This document shows positions 17,829 through 28,053 of a DNA stretch of 64,000 nucleotides, piece by piece. Position numbers and translations under genes: made by a program. Below the pieces are notes generated by a model. It saw nothing but the letters and a program-made list of their open reading frames with translations. It searched no databases and had not been told where the DNA came from. Origin of the DNA: Gammaproteobacteria bacterium (GTDB taxonomy: Bacteria; Pseudomonadota; Gammaproteobacteria; GCA-001735895); NCBI GenBank assembly GCA_050292965.1, contig JBNKMF010000008.1:7337-71336 (forward strand), written 5' to 3'. How positions within the stretch are numbered: the first letter of the stretch is position 1; each line of letters opens with the position of its first letter.

Positions 17829-19361
17829 GTGTCAGACGATAAGGACTGGAAATCTAAATATTTTACCAGCCTCAAAGAACTTGAAGAAATGGAAAAATCC
17901 TGGGGCAAGCTCGAGGATATGTTGCGTAAAACCATTTCCAGAGTAACCATCACCGCTAAGGGTATCAATCCTCATCTTGATCGAATCCTGAATGATATCC
18001 AGAACCATACTCGAAACAAAAAAGACCTGGCTCTACAGGACGATCTGGAAAATCTTGCACAGACGCTGCTACGTATAGATGAACAGCCGTCTGGCAAAGC
18101 TCCAGAAATTGACACAGATATCAGCCATAATGTCGATGAAACCACTTATACGCTTGCGCTAATCGATCAATTGCAGGTATCTCAGGAACAGCATGCTCAA
18201 CTTGACCAACTGCGTAGTAAGCTCCCTGGTCTTTCACCCGAAAGCTGCCTGGCCGAACTGGCTGTATTGATCAACAAACTTTTGCAAATTGATGCATCTG
18301 ATGATGGAGATAAGAGCAAGAGCTTTGAAGTTTTGATCACTATGATCGAAAAAGTCACCTTCACTTTCGGAAATTCAGCAGAACTGGATGCAATAACCAA
18401 TAAGCTGGAAAATGCCACTGAGGATGACAACTGGCGTGATTATCTGGATCAGATTATCAAACAAATCCGTGTCATTATGCATGGTATAAGCAGTGAGAAG
18501 GTTGAGTTAGAGGGTCTGATTGTTGACGTGACACGTCAACTTAGCGAAATTTCCAGTGCGCTAAACGATGACCGTCAGGACACTCTGGAAGGACGTAAGG
18601 AAACCCAGAAATTACAGGAAGTTATGGATGAAAGCGTGCAAAACATTCAGCAAACGGTGCAATCAGAATCAGATATCAATCAACTTAAATCCAATATCAG
18701 CAATAACCTGCTAGCCATTAAAACCAGCCTGACAGAATTTGTTGTACATGATTCAGAGCGTTTTAAAAAAGCTGAATCACGTAACCAGAAGTTACAGCAA
18801 CAAATTCAATTTATGGAGCAGGAGTCAAATCAGCTGAAAAAGAAACTTAGCGAAAATCGCAAAAAACTGATGTTCGACACCCTGACTGGGGTACGTAATC
18901 GCCTTTCATATGATGAAATTCTGGAGCAGGAGCTTTCTCGCTATGCACGCTACAAGGAAACCTTTAGCTACGCGCTGATGGATATCGACCACTTTAAACA
19001 CATAAACGATGAATATGGTCATAATGCAGGTGATAAAGCTTTGCAGATAGTCGCGCAGGTAATGGCGAAGAATATCCGTAAAACCGACTTTCTATTTCGT
19101 ATCGGTGGTGAAGAATTTGTACTCATTCTGCCCAAAACACCCTTGAAAGGAGCTGCGCCACTGGTCGAAAAAATTCGTAAATCAGTTGGGCAAACCAATT
19201 TTCACTTCAAGCAGCAAAAGGTCAATATCAGCCTGTCTGTCGGCCTGAGTTCAATGCGTGCAAATGATAGCGCAGAATCAATTTACGAACGCGCTGATAA
19301 TGCACTCTATCAGGCCAAGAATTCGGGGCGTGATAGACTGGTTGTGACTACGTCTGAGTGA
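17829..19361 (+). CDS. diguanylate cyclase (GGDEF) with long N-terminal coiled-coil region
   Basis: C-terminal 'DIDHFKHINDEYGHNAGDKAL...RIGGEEF'. GTG start. The N-terminal ~340 aa are helical, rich in charged residues, with no TM segment. Confidence 0.85.
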   Translation: MSDDKDWKSKYFTSLKELEEMEKSWGKLEDMLRKTISRVTITAKGINPHLDRILNDIQNHTRNKKDLALQDDLENLAQTLLRIDEQPSGKAPEIDTDISHNVDETTYTLALIDQLQVSQEQHAQLDQLRSKLPGLSPESCLAELAVLINKLLQIDASDDGDKSKSFEVLITMIEKVTFTFGNSAELDAITNKLENATEDDNWRDYLDQIIKQIRVIMHGISSEKVELEGLIVDVTRQLSEISSALNDDRQDTLEGRKETQKLQEVMDESVQNIQQTVQSESDINQLKSNISNNLLAIKTSLTEFVVHDSERFKKAESRNQKLQQQIQFMEQESNQLKKKLSENRKKLMFDTLTGVRNRLSYDEILEQELSRYARYKETFSYALMDIDHFKHINDEYGHNAGDKALQIVAQVMAKNIRKTDFLFRIGGEEFVLILPKTPLKGAAPLVEKIRKSVGQTNFHFKQQKVNISLSVGLSSMRANDSAESIYERADNALYQAKNSGRDRLVVTTSE

Positions 19362-19593
19362 TTTCCTGCGGAGTTTTAGCCACTATTGTTAAAGCATGTA
19401 ATTCACCTGAGACAATATCGTCATTAACACAGGCATAAACCAGTTTATGTCGTTTAATCGTAGTCAGACCGGCAAATTGCTTGCTAACTACCTGAGCGGT
19501 GAATTTACCTTCATCGCCAGTGACAGAAACTTCTGCATCAGGCATACCCTGTACAATTTTTTGCTGAATGTGTTGTGGTGTCATAGAATTCAA
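19348..19593 (-). CDS. ibaG: BolA/IbaG family protein
   Basis: 81 aa: 'VSVTGDEGKFTAQVVSKQFAGLTTIKRHKLVY...GELHALTIVAKTPQE'. Confidence 0.75.
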   Translation of the reverse strand: MNSMTPQHIQQKIVQGMPDAEVSVTGDEGKFTAQVVSKQFAGLTTIKRHKLVYACVNDDIVSGELHALTIVAKTPQEITQT

Positions 19594-19639
19594 TATTTGT
19601 TAAAGCTTTAATATAGTACCAACTGATCCGGAAATAACC

Positions 19640-20044
19640 ATGCTAAAAATATTACTCGCCGTTGTGCTACTGATGTTCCACTTACCATTATTAGCTGCTG
19701 ATGAAACAGAAAAGGATAAATTGACACCCGGATACGTCTCTATGGGCGAAGCAATGGTACTTAACCTGGACACAGACAGCACTCGCTTGAGCTATGTTCA
19801 ATTAAAGGCCGATGTTCTCGTGAAAGATGAAAATAGCATAGAACTGGTGAAATTACATATGCCCGCACTACGGCATCAGATTATTCTGATGCTCAGTGAA
19901 CAGGATGCTGCCAGGATGAAATCACCTGTCGAGCGTGAAAAACTACGTAAAAAGATTTCCGATAAAGTTCGAAGTGTATTTAAAGAGCTTGCTGGAAAAG
20001 ATGTCATCGAAGAGATTCTATTTTCCAATTTTCTGATTCAATGA
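19640..20044 (+). CDS. FliL-like (flagellar basal body-associated) family protein, orphan
   Basis: Signal/TM segment plus 'YVSMGEAMVLNL....YVQLKADVLVKD......HMPALRHQIILMLS'. Confidence 0.6.
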   Translation: MLKILLAVVLLMFHLPLLAADETEKDKLTPGYVSMGEAMVLNLDTDSTRLSYVQLKADVLVKDENSIELVKLHMPALRHQIILMLSEQDAARMKSPVEREKLRKKISDKVRSVFKELAGKDVIEEILFSNFLIQ

Positions 20045-20095
20045 TCCTGTGCTTATTGAAACATTAACACTACTCCATAACATTATGACTAGCGC

Positions 20096-21154
20096 GTGAA
20101 TATGCTGAAGAACCCCTGTCTTTTAACCAACATACTCGTTTCAGCTCTAATTTTTTCCCTCTCTATTCCCCTGTCAGCAAACCAGCAATCAAGTTTTGAA
20201 AAAGAATTTGAACTGGGTTTCAACGACGCCCCCTTAGAACGTGAAATTCAACACCCTGAGTGGTTCAAGGACTCTTTTCTCGATCTTCGTGAAGACCTGC
20301 GACAGGCAAAAGCTGATGGCAAACAGGGTATCGCTTTATATTTTGGCCAGGAGCATTGCGCCTATTGCAAAGCACTTATGGAAATTAATCTGACCAAACC
20401 TGCTATCGCTGAATATCTTAGAGATCACTATGACATTATTACGCTAGATATCTGGGGAAGTCGCATGGTCACCCTTTTTGACGGCAGTGAACTCAGCGAA
20501 CGAGATCTGGCGATTCGTGAAAACACCAATTTTACTCCCTCAATTATCTTTTATAACGGAGTCGGTGATATCGCTTTTCGGATGCGTGGTTATTACCCAC
20601 CTTATCGCTTTCAGGCCATGCTCACATACATTGTTGAAGGTTTTTATAAATTTGAAAGCTTTCGTGATTATCTGGAACGTGCAGATCCACCGCCAAAATT
20701 CTCACCGGAAGACCTGAATGAACATGAGCAGCTACTGAAAGGCCCAGTTATTCTGGATAGACGTGCCACAGCGGGTTCTAAACCTCTGGCGGTTATTTTT
20801 GAACAAAAGGAGTGCCATGCCTGCGATCAGTTACATTCAGAACCACTTAACAATGAAATCACCCTGCAATGGTTAGCCGGATTTGAATTAAGACAACTGG
20901 ATGCCTGGTCTGATACTCCTGTCATGACCCCCTCTGGCGAAAAATTTACTGCACGTGAGTGGGCTAAAAAACTAGATATACATTATATGCCAACCATGGT
21001 CTTTTTTAATGAACAGGGTGATGAAATTTTACGTATCGATTCAGTGGTTAAACTCTATCGTATGCGCAGTATTCTTAGTTATGTTCTTACCAAAGGTTAT
21101 CTAAAATACGACAGTTTTCAGCAATGGCGTCGTTATAGCAATATACAGCGTTAA
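20096..21154 (+). CDS. periplasmic protein with two thioredoxin-fold domains
   Basis: Signal peptide and two CxxC motifs ('CAYC', 'CHAC'), each in a thioredoxin-like context. Confidence 0.65.
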   Translation: MNMLKNPCLLTNILVSALIFSLSIPLSANQQSSFEKEFELGFNDAPLEREIQHPEWFKDSFLDLREDLRQAKADGKQGIALYFGQEHCAYCKALMEINLTKPAIAEYLRDHYDIITLDIWGSRMVTLFDGSELSERDLAIRENTNFTPSIIFYNGVGDIAFRMRGYYPPYRFQAMLTYIVEGFYKFESFRDYLERADPPPKFSPEDLNEHEQLLKGPVILDRRATAGSKPLAVIFEQKECHACDQLHSEPLNNEITLQWLAGFELRQLDAWSDTPVMTPSGEKFTAREWAKKLDIHYMPTMVFFNEQGDEILRIDSVVKLYRMRSILSYVLTKGYLKYDSFQQWRRYSNIQR

Positions 21155-21156
21155 CA

Positions 21157-22050
21157 TTAATCCCTGACCAAATGACTTCTTCTTTTAATCGATCCCAGTG
21201 TGAATACGATCAGCCCGACCCAGATAAAACAGAAACCGATAAATTGATCATGACTGAAAGGTTCTTTTAATATAAACAGGGCGATAAAGAATTGCATCGT
21301 CGGGTTTATATACATCATGAACCCTATAATCGATAGCGTGAGTTTTTTAGTGGCTGAAGCAAACAGTAGTAAAGGTATTGATGTGACTGCCCCACAGGCT
21401 AACAATAACAGGGTATAGCTATCTGGCGCCTGAAAAAAATGGTCTGCGTTGTGCTGAATAAGATAAAACCAGTACGAGAGTGCCAGAGGAAACATTAAAC
21501 CAGTTTCAACCGTCAAGCCGGTTAAGGTATCTATCTCCAGTCGTTTTCTCACCAGACCATACAGGCCAAAACTGGTGGCCAGGGTTAACGAGACCCAGGG
21601 TAGATAACCGAGCCTGACCACCAGCCAGATAATCCCTAAAAAGGCAAAAACGATAGCGAGTTGCTGTTTTCGATTTAATCTTTCCTGAAGAAATACCCTG
21701 GCTAGAAAAACACTCACCAGCGGTGTCAAAAAATAACCCAGGCTGGATTCAACCACACGACCCTGGCCTACCGCCCAGATATAAATCAGCCAGTTTAAAC
21801 TGACCAGCAAGGCTGAAAATACCAGCCCTCGTATTAAAGCTGGTTTACGTACAGCCTCTAATAGACGTCGATGCCAGCCCCTCACCATCAGAATTACCAG
21901 CACAAATACAAACGACCAGATGACGCGATGTAACAAAACCTCGGTTGAGGGGATATCACGTAACAAATGGAAAAACAGGGGAAATATCCCCCACATGCTG
22001 TAAGCCAGAAAGCCATACAGCAAACCCTCAGTGGTTTGCGAAATTTTCAA
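21157..22050 (-). CDS. rarD: RarD (EamA-family) transporter
   Basis: Collinear by eye with E. coli RarD ('GLLYGFLAYSMWGIFPLFF', 'HRVIWSF', 'LGYF..PLV', 'YGLVRK'). Confidence 0.85.
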   Translation of the reverse strand: MKISQTTEGLLYGFLAYSMWGIFPLFFHLLRDIPSTEVLLHRVIWSFVFVLVILMVRGWHRRLLEAVRKPALIRGLVFSALLVSLNWLIYIWAVGQGRVVESSLGYFLTPLVSVFLARVFLQERLNRKQQLAIVFAFLGIIWLVVRLGYLPWVSLTLATSFGLYGLVRKRLEIDTLTGLTVETGLMFPLALSYWFYLIQHNADHFFQAPDSYTLLLLACGAVTSIPLLLFASATKKLTLSIIGFMMYINPTMQFFIALFILKEPFSHDQFIGFCFIWVGLIVFTLGSIKRRSHLVRD

Positions 22051-22065
22051 CTGCTTTTATCTCTT

Positions 22066-22431
22066 TTATTTGGCGTCAGACTTCAGGATAAAGTCTTCCA
22101 GTACTTTATCGATACCAAAAATATGGCTGAGCAACCACTCGCGCAGGAATTCAGCCAGCGCTGCACAGAATTTCACATCATAGCTGTGACATTCCTTTAT
22201 CATTAAATCCAGCTCATTTCTAAATTTATCGTGCGCACGTTTATGAGCATCATAATCTGGAAACTCGAGTTTGATCATATACTCTTCTTCCAGAGAAAAA
22301 TGATTTTCGGCAAATTCATTCAAGCGTCTAAATACCAATTTATCACCATGCCCAGTCTCTAACTGATCTATGAGTTCAAATAGAACTTGATGTTGTTTAT
22401 CTTGCCAGATTAAATCACTTGTTTTTTTCAT
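22066..22431 (-). CDS. hemerythrin-like metal-binding protein (bacteriohemerythrin)
   Basis: 'WQDKQHQVLFELIDQL', 'HFSLEEEYM', 'YDAHKRAHDKF', 'WLLSHIFGIDK'. Confidence 0.8.
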   Translation of the reverse strand: MKKTSDLIWQDKQHQVLFELIDQLETGHGDKLVFRRLNEFAENHFSLEEEYMIKLEFPDYDAHKRAHDKFRNELDLMIKECHSYDVKFCAALAEFLREWLLSHIFGIDKVLEDFILKSDAK

Positions 22432-22541
22432 TGAATACTCCCCATGATTCTTGCTTTATATCAGGCATTTCCTGCATGGCAAAATTTTTTTACTCAGAAT
22501 AGATATACTGTCTGCTGACAACCTTTTATTACTGGATATAA

Positions 22542-23165
22542 ATGCATAAGCTACACAACTTTCTACTGCTGGGCAGCGGTGCCCATTTTACCTGCCAGGT
22601 TCTCAAACAGCTGTTAGCCTGCAACTGCCCCCCTGTAGCCTATATACAATACGGTTATAAAATTCCCGATACCCCCACCCATTTTAAAAACATACCAATT
22701 GAAAGCTCTCGCTCATTGACAGCTATAGATGCCTTGATCAATCAATACGATATTGCCTGTTATTATCAAAACTCACTACAGCTCGCCGACTGGGTGCAGC
22801 AACAGAATATAGACTTTTTACTGGTTGCCTGCTGGCCTGAGCTTATCTCTACTGAGGTTATTAACAGTGTCAATTGTGCTTCTGTTAATCTTCATCCCTC
22901 ATTGTTGCCTGCATTTCGCGGCTTTGATCCGATAAGCGACCAGCTTAACTCTGGAAATTCTACATTTGGAGTGAGCTTACACCTGCTGAATGAATCATTT
23001 GATTGCGGTGACATCGTGTTGCAGGAAGTTGTAAAACCTGATGCTACAGCAACAGGATTAGAAATTGAAGCTCGTTGTGCAAAAAAAGGGGCACAGCTAT
23101 TTATCCATGCGCTGCAGACTTATTCACAGCCTGGGTGGAATTTAATTAAACAACCCGTCGATTAA
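22542..23165 (+). CDS. stand-alone formyltransferase-domain protein (Fmt/PurN N-terminal-domain-like)
   Basis: 'SVNLHPSLLPAFRGFDPI' (Asn/His of the catalytic triad) and 'FDCGDIVLQ' (Asp). Only 207 aa, with no Fmt C-terminal domain. Confidence 0.7.
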   Translation: MHKLHNFLLLGSGAHFTCQVLKQLLACNCPPVAYIQYGYKIPDTPTHFKNIPIESSRSLTAIDALINQYDIACYYQNSLQLADWVQQQNIDFLLVACWPELISTEVINSVNCASVNLHPSLLPAFRGFDPISDQLNSGNSTFGVSLHLLNESFDCGDIVLQEVVKPDATATGLEIEARCAKKGAQLFIHALQTYSQPGWNLIKQPVD

Positions 23166-23170
23166 AAAAG

Positions 23171-23194
23171 AAAAGCCGCTGTATGCGGCTTTTC
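23171..23194. terminator. bidirectional intrinsic terminator between the convergent formyltransferase gene and glcB
   Basis: aaaagccgc-tgtat-gcggctttt, a 9-bp stem flanked by A and T runs. Confidence 0.75.
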
Positions 23195-23215
23195 CTGTAC
23201 TTCAAGTGAAAAACA

Positions 23216-25390
23216 TCAGTCCTGTTTTGCTTTTAATCGGTACTTTTGTAACAGGTCTTCGGTATATCCATTTGCCGATTCTACGCCCTGCAACACCAGT
23301 TGCAATGCTGCTTCAAATGCAACACCGTCAAACTTAGGCGCCATATTCCTGTAACCCGGCGTTGTACTATTTTGCTTATCCACCACCTTGGCCATTCGCT
23401 TAAAAGTATCAACGACCTGTTCTTCAGTACATATACCGTGTAATAACCAGTTTGCCATATGCTGGCTGGAAATACGTAGCGTAGCGCGATCTTCCATCAG
23501 GCCAACATCATGGATATCGGGAACCTTGGAACAACCTACGCCCTGATCTATCCATTTCACCACATAGCCCAATATGCCCTGGGCATTATTATCAAGCTCC
23601 TGCTGGATTTCACTGGCAGATAATTTACGTTTGTTAGGTAACAGGGGAACAGTCAATATATGGTCTACATTGGCACGATTTCTCAGCTTTATCTTTTGCT
23701 GTTCCTGCTTAACATTGACACTATGGTAATGCAAAGCATGTATTACAGCTGCGGTAGGTGAGGGAACCCATGCGCAATTTGCACCTGCTTCCGGGTGTGC
23801 CTGTTTACTGTCATACATGGCTTTGATTTGGTCTGGCACCGCCCACATACCTTTACCTATCTGGGCAACGCCATCCAGCCCACACAATATCCCAGTGTCT
23901 ACATTCCAGTCTTCATAGGCTGCCATCCAGCGTTCACCCTTGATTTCTCCTTTTGGTAGCATGGCACCCATCTTCATGCTGGTATGAATTTCATCACCGG
24001 TACGATCAAGGAATCCGGTATTAATAAAAATAACTCTTTCCTTAGCTTCTCTGATACATTCTTTCAGGTTTACGGTGGTTCTTCTTTCTTCATCCATAAT
24101 ACCGATTTTTACGGTATTTTTCGGCAGACTGTAAGCCTTTTCAATAGCATCAAATAAGCGACAGGTAAAGGCTACCTCTTCTGGTCCGTGCATCTTCGGC
24201 TTTACGATATAGATGCTTTTTGTACGGCTATTATTGTATGCATGACGCTTACAGATATCGTACAGCGATATCAACACCGTAATTAATCCGTCGACCAGTC
24301 CTTCCGGCATCATTTGATCTTTAGCATCTAGCACCAGATCAGTCTTCATATGCATCCCTGTATTTCGCACCAGCATCAAACTGCGGCCAGGCAGGCTGAA
24401 TGGTTCACCCTTCTTATTTCTATATTCGCGATTTGCGTTTAACACTCTGGTAAATGACTTGCCTTCTTTACGCATTTCGAAACACAGTTCGCCATGCATT
24501 AACAGTCTCCAGTTACGATAGACCAGCATTTTGTCTTCTGTATCTACCGCTGCTACTGAATCTTCACAATCTTCAATGGTGGTAACCGCAGCTTCCAGAA
24601 TAATATCGGTTAACCCTGCTGGATGATGCTGGCCTATAATGCTTTTCTTGTTGATTCTAAGTTCAAAATAAAGATCATTATGAATAAATAAAAGTACCAG
24701 ATCACCGCTATGCGAATAACCTTTAAACTGATCTGCATCCTGCAACTTGACTCTTACACCATTGTCCAGTTTAAAGAAGGGGCGCTCTATGCCCATGATC
24801 AGTTCAAGGCCGTATTCTTTAACCTCTGCATGAGAAACACCACCTTGCAGCGGTAGTACCTTATCCAGCCATTGGGTACAGAAATCAAATACCGCCTGAC
24901 CACGCGCTTTATTGTATTGCTTACCAATGGCAGTTTCGCCTTCGTTAGCAATCATGTCGGTACCATACAGTGCATCGTATAGACTACCCCATCTTGCATT
25001 CGCTGCATTAATTGCAAAGCGTGCATTATTAATGGGAACCACCAGTTGAGGTGCGGCAACGCTTGAGATTTCACGATCAATATTTTCAATATTGACCTTA
25101 AAGTCTTCTTTTTCTGGAACGATATAGCCAATTTCACTGAGAAATTGCTTATATTTATCCAGGTTATCTGCATCATATTTATTCTTTTTATGCCATCCAT
25201 CTATCTGCTGCTGGATTTCATCTCTTTTGTTTAATAACACAGTATTCTCTTCACTGAAACTGGTCATTATTGATTCGAAATTTTCCCAGTAACTTTGAGA
25301 GTCCATTTCCAGCTCAGGTAAAACCTCTGTATTGACGAAATCAACTAGCGACTGTGCAACCTTAATTTTTTTTATATGTATATATGACAT
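23216..25390 (-). CDS. glcB: malate synthase G
   Basis: 724 aa, collinear with GlcB by eye throughout. Confidence 0.95.
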   Translation of the reverse strand: MSYIHIKKIKVAQSLVDFVNTEVLPELEMDSQSYWENFESIMTSFSEENTVLLNKRDEIQQQIDGWHKKNKYDADNLDKYKQFLSEIGYIVPEKEDFKVNIENIDREISSVAAPQLVVPINNARFAINAANARWGSLYDALYGTDMIANEGETAIGKQYNKARGQAVFDFCTQWLDKVLPLQGGVSHAEVKEYGLELIMGIERPFFKLDNGVRVKLQDADQFKGYSHSGDLVLLFIHNDLYFELRINKKSIIGQHHPAGLTDIILEAAVTTIEDCEDSVAAVDTEDKMLVYRNWRLLMHGELCFEMRKEGKSFTRVLNANREYRNKKGEPFSLPGRSLMLVRNTGMHMKTDLVLDAKDQMMPEGLVDGLITVLISLYDICKRHAYNNSRTKSIYIVKPKMHGPEEVAFTCRLFDAIEKAYSLPKNTVKIGIMDEERRTTVNLKECIREAKERVIFINTGFLDRTGDEIHTSMKMGAMLPKGEIKGERWMAAYEDWNVDTGILCGLDGVAQIGKGMWAVPDQIKAMYDSKQAHPEAGANCAWVPSPTAAVIHALHYHSVNVKQEQQKIKLRNRANVDHILTVPLLPNKRKLSASEIQQELDNNAQGILGYVVKWIDQGVGCSKVPDIHDVGLMEDRATLRISSQHMANWLLHGICTEEQVVDTFKRMAKVVDKQNSTTPGYRNMAPKFDGVAFEAALQLVLQGVESANGYTEDLLQKYRLKAKQD

Positions 25391-25407
25391 TACATGCTAC
25401 CTACGAA

Positions 25408-26457
25408 TTACTTTTTTGCGGGTTTACCCGACATGGAATTTAAGAACTGCTCTGCCTGTTCACGCCATTGGTCCTGAAAAACCTTTCCTTTTGTCTGTAG
25501 CTCACCATCCAGGTTCTTGAGCATTTCATCTGACATAGAAGCCAATTGCTTCAAATTATTAACACCCTGTTGGTGCAGCTTTTCATTAAATTTCTGCCCG
25601 ATACCATTAAGTACCGTGAAGTCATCTGCTGCTGCTTTCAATGCTTCCTGATTTACAGTTTTTTCACTCAATTCCGTGATTTGTTTCTGTAATGATTCTA
25701 GCTGCATTTGCATGACGTGATAGGTTTTTTCAGTTACCAGGCCCAGGCTCTGTGCGAGTGTTTCACGATACTGCTCTTTATCATCGGCCAATTTTGCCTG
25801 TACCATTTCCAGTTTTTTCTGTAGCTCCTGATAAACCTCACTGGTCTTAGACTCTTCAAAAACCGACTGAGTAATCTCAACCCACCACTGCGGCACATTA
25901 CTTATATCCTGTTTATCTTTTTCATTCACCTTTTTCTGTAACTTTTCCAGACTATCGATGGCCAGCTGGGCCATTAAATGATTGATCTCCATCGATACCT
26001 GCTGGTAATCCTTTATTGAATTCATCAAGTCTTCTGCCTTGCTGCGCTCATCGTCACTGAACAGGCTTTGCATCATGCCGATAAAAGGCGATTGCAAACT
26101 ACTCATGTCGGGAACATCTGGCATCTTGAAATGATTCTGCATGCCAGGCATCAGTAAGGAGGCAAAAGGATTCTGTAACTGCGATTTTAATTGATCATTC
26201 ATCTGCTGGTAGAGAGCGCTCATCGAACTCATGTCGGCTTGCGTCCAGCTATTCATCGGGTTTTGCATCTGAGCGAAAGGATTGGCTGATGCATTACCCG
26301 GCATCCAGGCTTTAAACATCTGTTCCATAGGATTTGCTGCTGGCTGTGGCTGCATCATTTGTTGCAAATTTTTCATATACTGCTGTTGCAGGTTGTACAA
26401 CTGAGCCAGGTAATCCTGACCTTCATTATTATTTTCTGGCATTTTTACATCCCCCAT
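25408..26457 (-). CDS. hypothetical Met/Gln-rich coiled-coil protein with C-terminal HhH motif; possible PHA-granule-associated (PhaE- or PhaM/PhaF-like) protein
   Basis: 349-aa ORF. ATG at 26442 (MPENN..., preceded by GGGGGA) is an alternative start. The N-terminal third is low-complexity and M/Q/P/N-rich; aa ~140-275 are heptad-like. 'FTVLNGIGQKFNEKLHQQGVNNLKQLA' is HhH-like. The tail is 'SGKPAKK'. Confidence 0.6.
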   Translation of the reverse strand: MGDVKMPENNNEGQDYLAQLYNLQQQYMKNLQQMMQPQPAANPMEQMFKAWMPGNASANPFAQMQNPMNSWTQADMSSMSALYQQMNDQLKSQLQNPFASLLMPGMQNHFKMPDVPDMSSLQSPFIGMMQSLFSDDERSKAEDLMNSIKDYQQVSMEINHLMAQLAIDSLEKLQKKVNEKDKQDISNVPQWWVEITQSVFEESKTSEVYQELQKKLEMVQAKLADDKEQYRETLAQSLGLVTEKTYHVMQMQLESLQKQITELSEKTVNQEALKAAADDFTVLNGIGQKFNEKLHQQGVNNLKQLASMSDEMLKNLDGELQTKGKVFQDQWREQAEQFLNSMSGKPAKK

Positions 26458-26489
26458 TTATATGATTGAACAGACCCTATCACTCTAAA

Positions 26490-26504
26490 TGTTGCACCGC
26501 AACA
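26490..26504. promoter_or_regulatory. TGC-rich palindrome tgttgc-acc-gcaaca, candidate PhaR operator in the divergent promoter region
   Basis: Perfect 6-bp half-sites, 33 bp upstream of the 349-aa ORF start. The neighbouring 'gcaacaattaat' fits the 12-bp PhaR repeat consensus as I recall it from Ralstonia eutropha. Confidence 0.3.
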
Positions 26505-26797
26505 ATTAATCGTGCTTAAATACATCAGATAATTTCAATACAAATTATGCAGCCAGGAGCCTGTCAAGTTTAGGTGATCGTAGAGAGGGCATAGAATTTT
26601 GAGTCAAATGTTTCGATCATTTGAGGCGAATATTGAGCCTATTTAATGAAAATGATCGGATTGTTGGCCAAAATGCCTTTTCCGCATTAGATTCATCCTG
26701 AATCCAACAGGCTCCTGGCCTGTTAATACCGAGTATAAACATTGTCTTAAGGGACAGTGAGTTATCCTGAAAATAAAGAACTAGAGGTTTTATATCC

Positions 26798-27985
26798 ATG
26801 TCTGAATCTATTGTCATCACCCATGCCACAAGAACCGCCATTGGCGCCTTTGGAGGGGCTCTGGCCAATGTTTCTGCTGTTCAACTTGGCACAACAGTCG
26901 TTAAATCATTGCTTGAGCAGTCCGGTGTTTCAGCAGATCAGGTTGATGAAGTCATTTTAGGCCAGGTTCTGACAGCAGGTGCGGGGCAAAATCCCGCGCG
27001 TCAAACCGCTTTAGCCGCCGGGCTACCGGATACTTCCTCAGCCATGACCATCAACAAGGTATGTGGTAGTGGTTTAAAAGCCATTCACCTGGCCTTTCAA
27101 TCCGTAAGCTGTGGCGATGCCGATATCGTCATTGCGGGTGGCCAGGAAAATATGAGCATGTCGGCTCATGTGCTGCCCAAATCACGTAATGGCAAGATGA
27201 TGGGTAACTGGGAGCTGGAAGACAGTATGATCGTCGATGGCCTGTGGTGTGCCATGAATGATATTCACATGGGCATTACCGCTGAAAATATTGCAGAACA
27301 ATTCTCTCTGACGCGTGATGACCAGGATGCTTTCGCTGCCGCTTCACAACAAAAGACTGAAGCTGCTCAAAGTGCGGGTAATTTTGATAATGAAATCACG
27401 CCTGTTTCTATCCCTCAGCGCAAGGGCGATCCCTTAATCTTCAACAAAGACGAATTCCCACGAGCGGGTACCACCGCCGAAAAACTCGCTGGCTTACGCC
27501 CTGCGTTCAAGAAAGACGGTACAGTTACTGCAGGTAACGCATCGGGTATTAACGATGGCGCAGCGGCTGTTATGGTGATGAAGGAATCCAGGGCTAAGGA
27601 GCTTGGCCTGAAACCTATTGCACGTATTGTTGCTTTCTCCAGCGCTGGCGTTGATCCAAAGATTATGGGTACTGGACCGATTCCTTCTACCCAGAAATGC
27701 CTGCAAAAGGCGGGCTGGGATATTTCTGATCTTGACCTTATAGAATCTAACGAAGCTTTTGCTGCTCAGGCGCTTTCGGTTAATAAGAGCCTGGGCTGGG
27801 ACACTAATAAGGTTAATGTCAGCGGTGGTGCTATTTCATTAGGCCATCCTATTGGTGCTTCCGGTGCTCGTGTACTGGTAACTCTGTTGCACGGCATGCA
27901 ACGTAATTCTGCTCGTAAAGGGCTTGCTACTCTGTGTATCGGCGGTGGACAGGGTGTAGCCATGGCCGTTGAATTAGTCGATTAA
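26798..27985 (+). CDS. phaA: acetyl-CoA C-acetyltransferase (beta-ketothiolase)
   Basis: Thiolase II signatures ('VCGSGLKA', '[11 protein letters not shown]', 'GGGQGVAM'). Confidence 0.95.
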   Translation: MSESIVITHATRTAIGAFGGALANVSAVQLGTTVVKSLLEQSGVSADQVDEVILGQVLTAGAGQNPARQTALAAGLPDTSSAMTINKVCGSGLKAIHLAFQSVSCGDADIVIAGGQENMSMSAHVLPKSRNGKMMGNWELEDSMIVDGLWCAMNDIHMGITAENIAEQFSLTRDDQDAFAAASQQKTEAAQSAGNFDNEITPVSIPQRKGDPLIFNKDEFPRAGTTAEKLAGLRPAFKKDGTVTAGNASGINDGAAAVMVMKESRAKELGLKPIARIVAFSSAGVDPKIMGTGPIPSTQKCLQKAGWDISDLDLIESNEAFAAQALSVNKSLGWDTNKVNVSGGAISLGHPIGASGARVLVTLLHGMQRNSARKGLATLCIGGGQGVAMAVELVD

Positions 27986-28053
27986 TCAACTCTATTAGAG
28001 ATGCAGCACATCTTGAGCTAAGATGCGCTGCCTATAAACCGAGGAAACAATCC

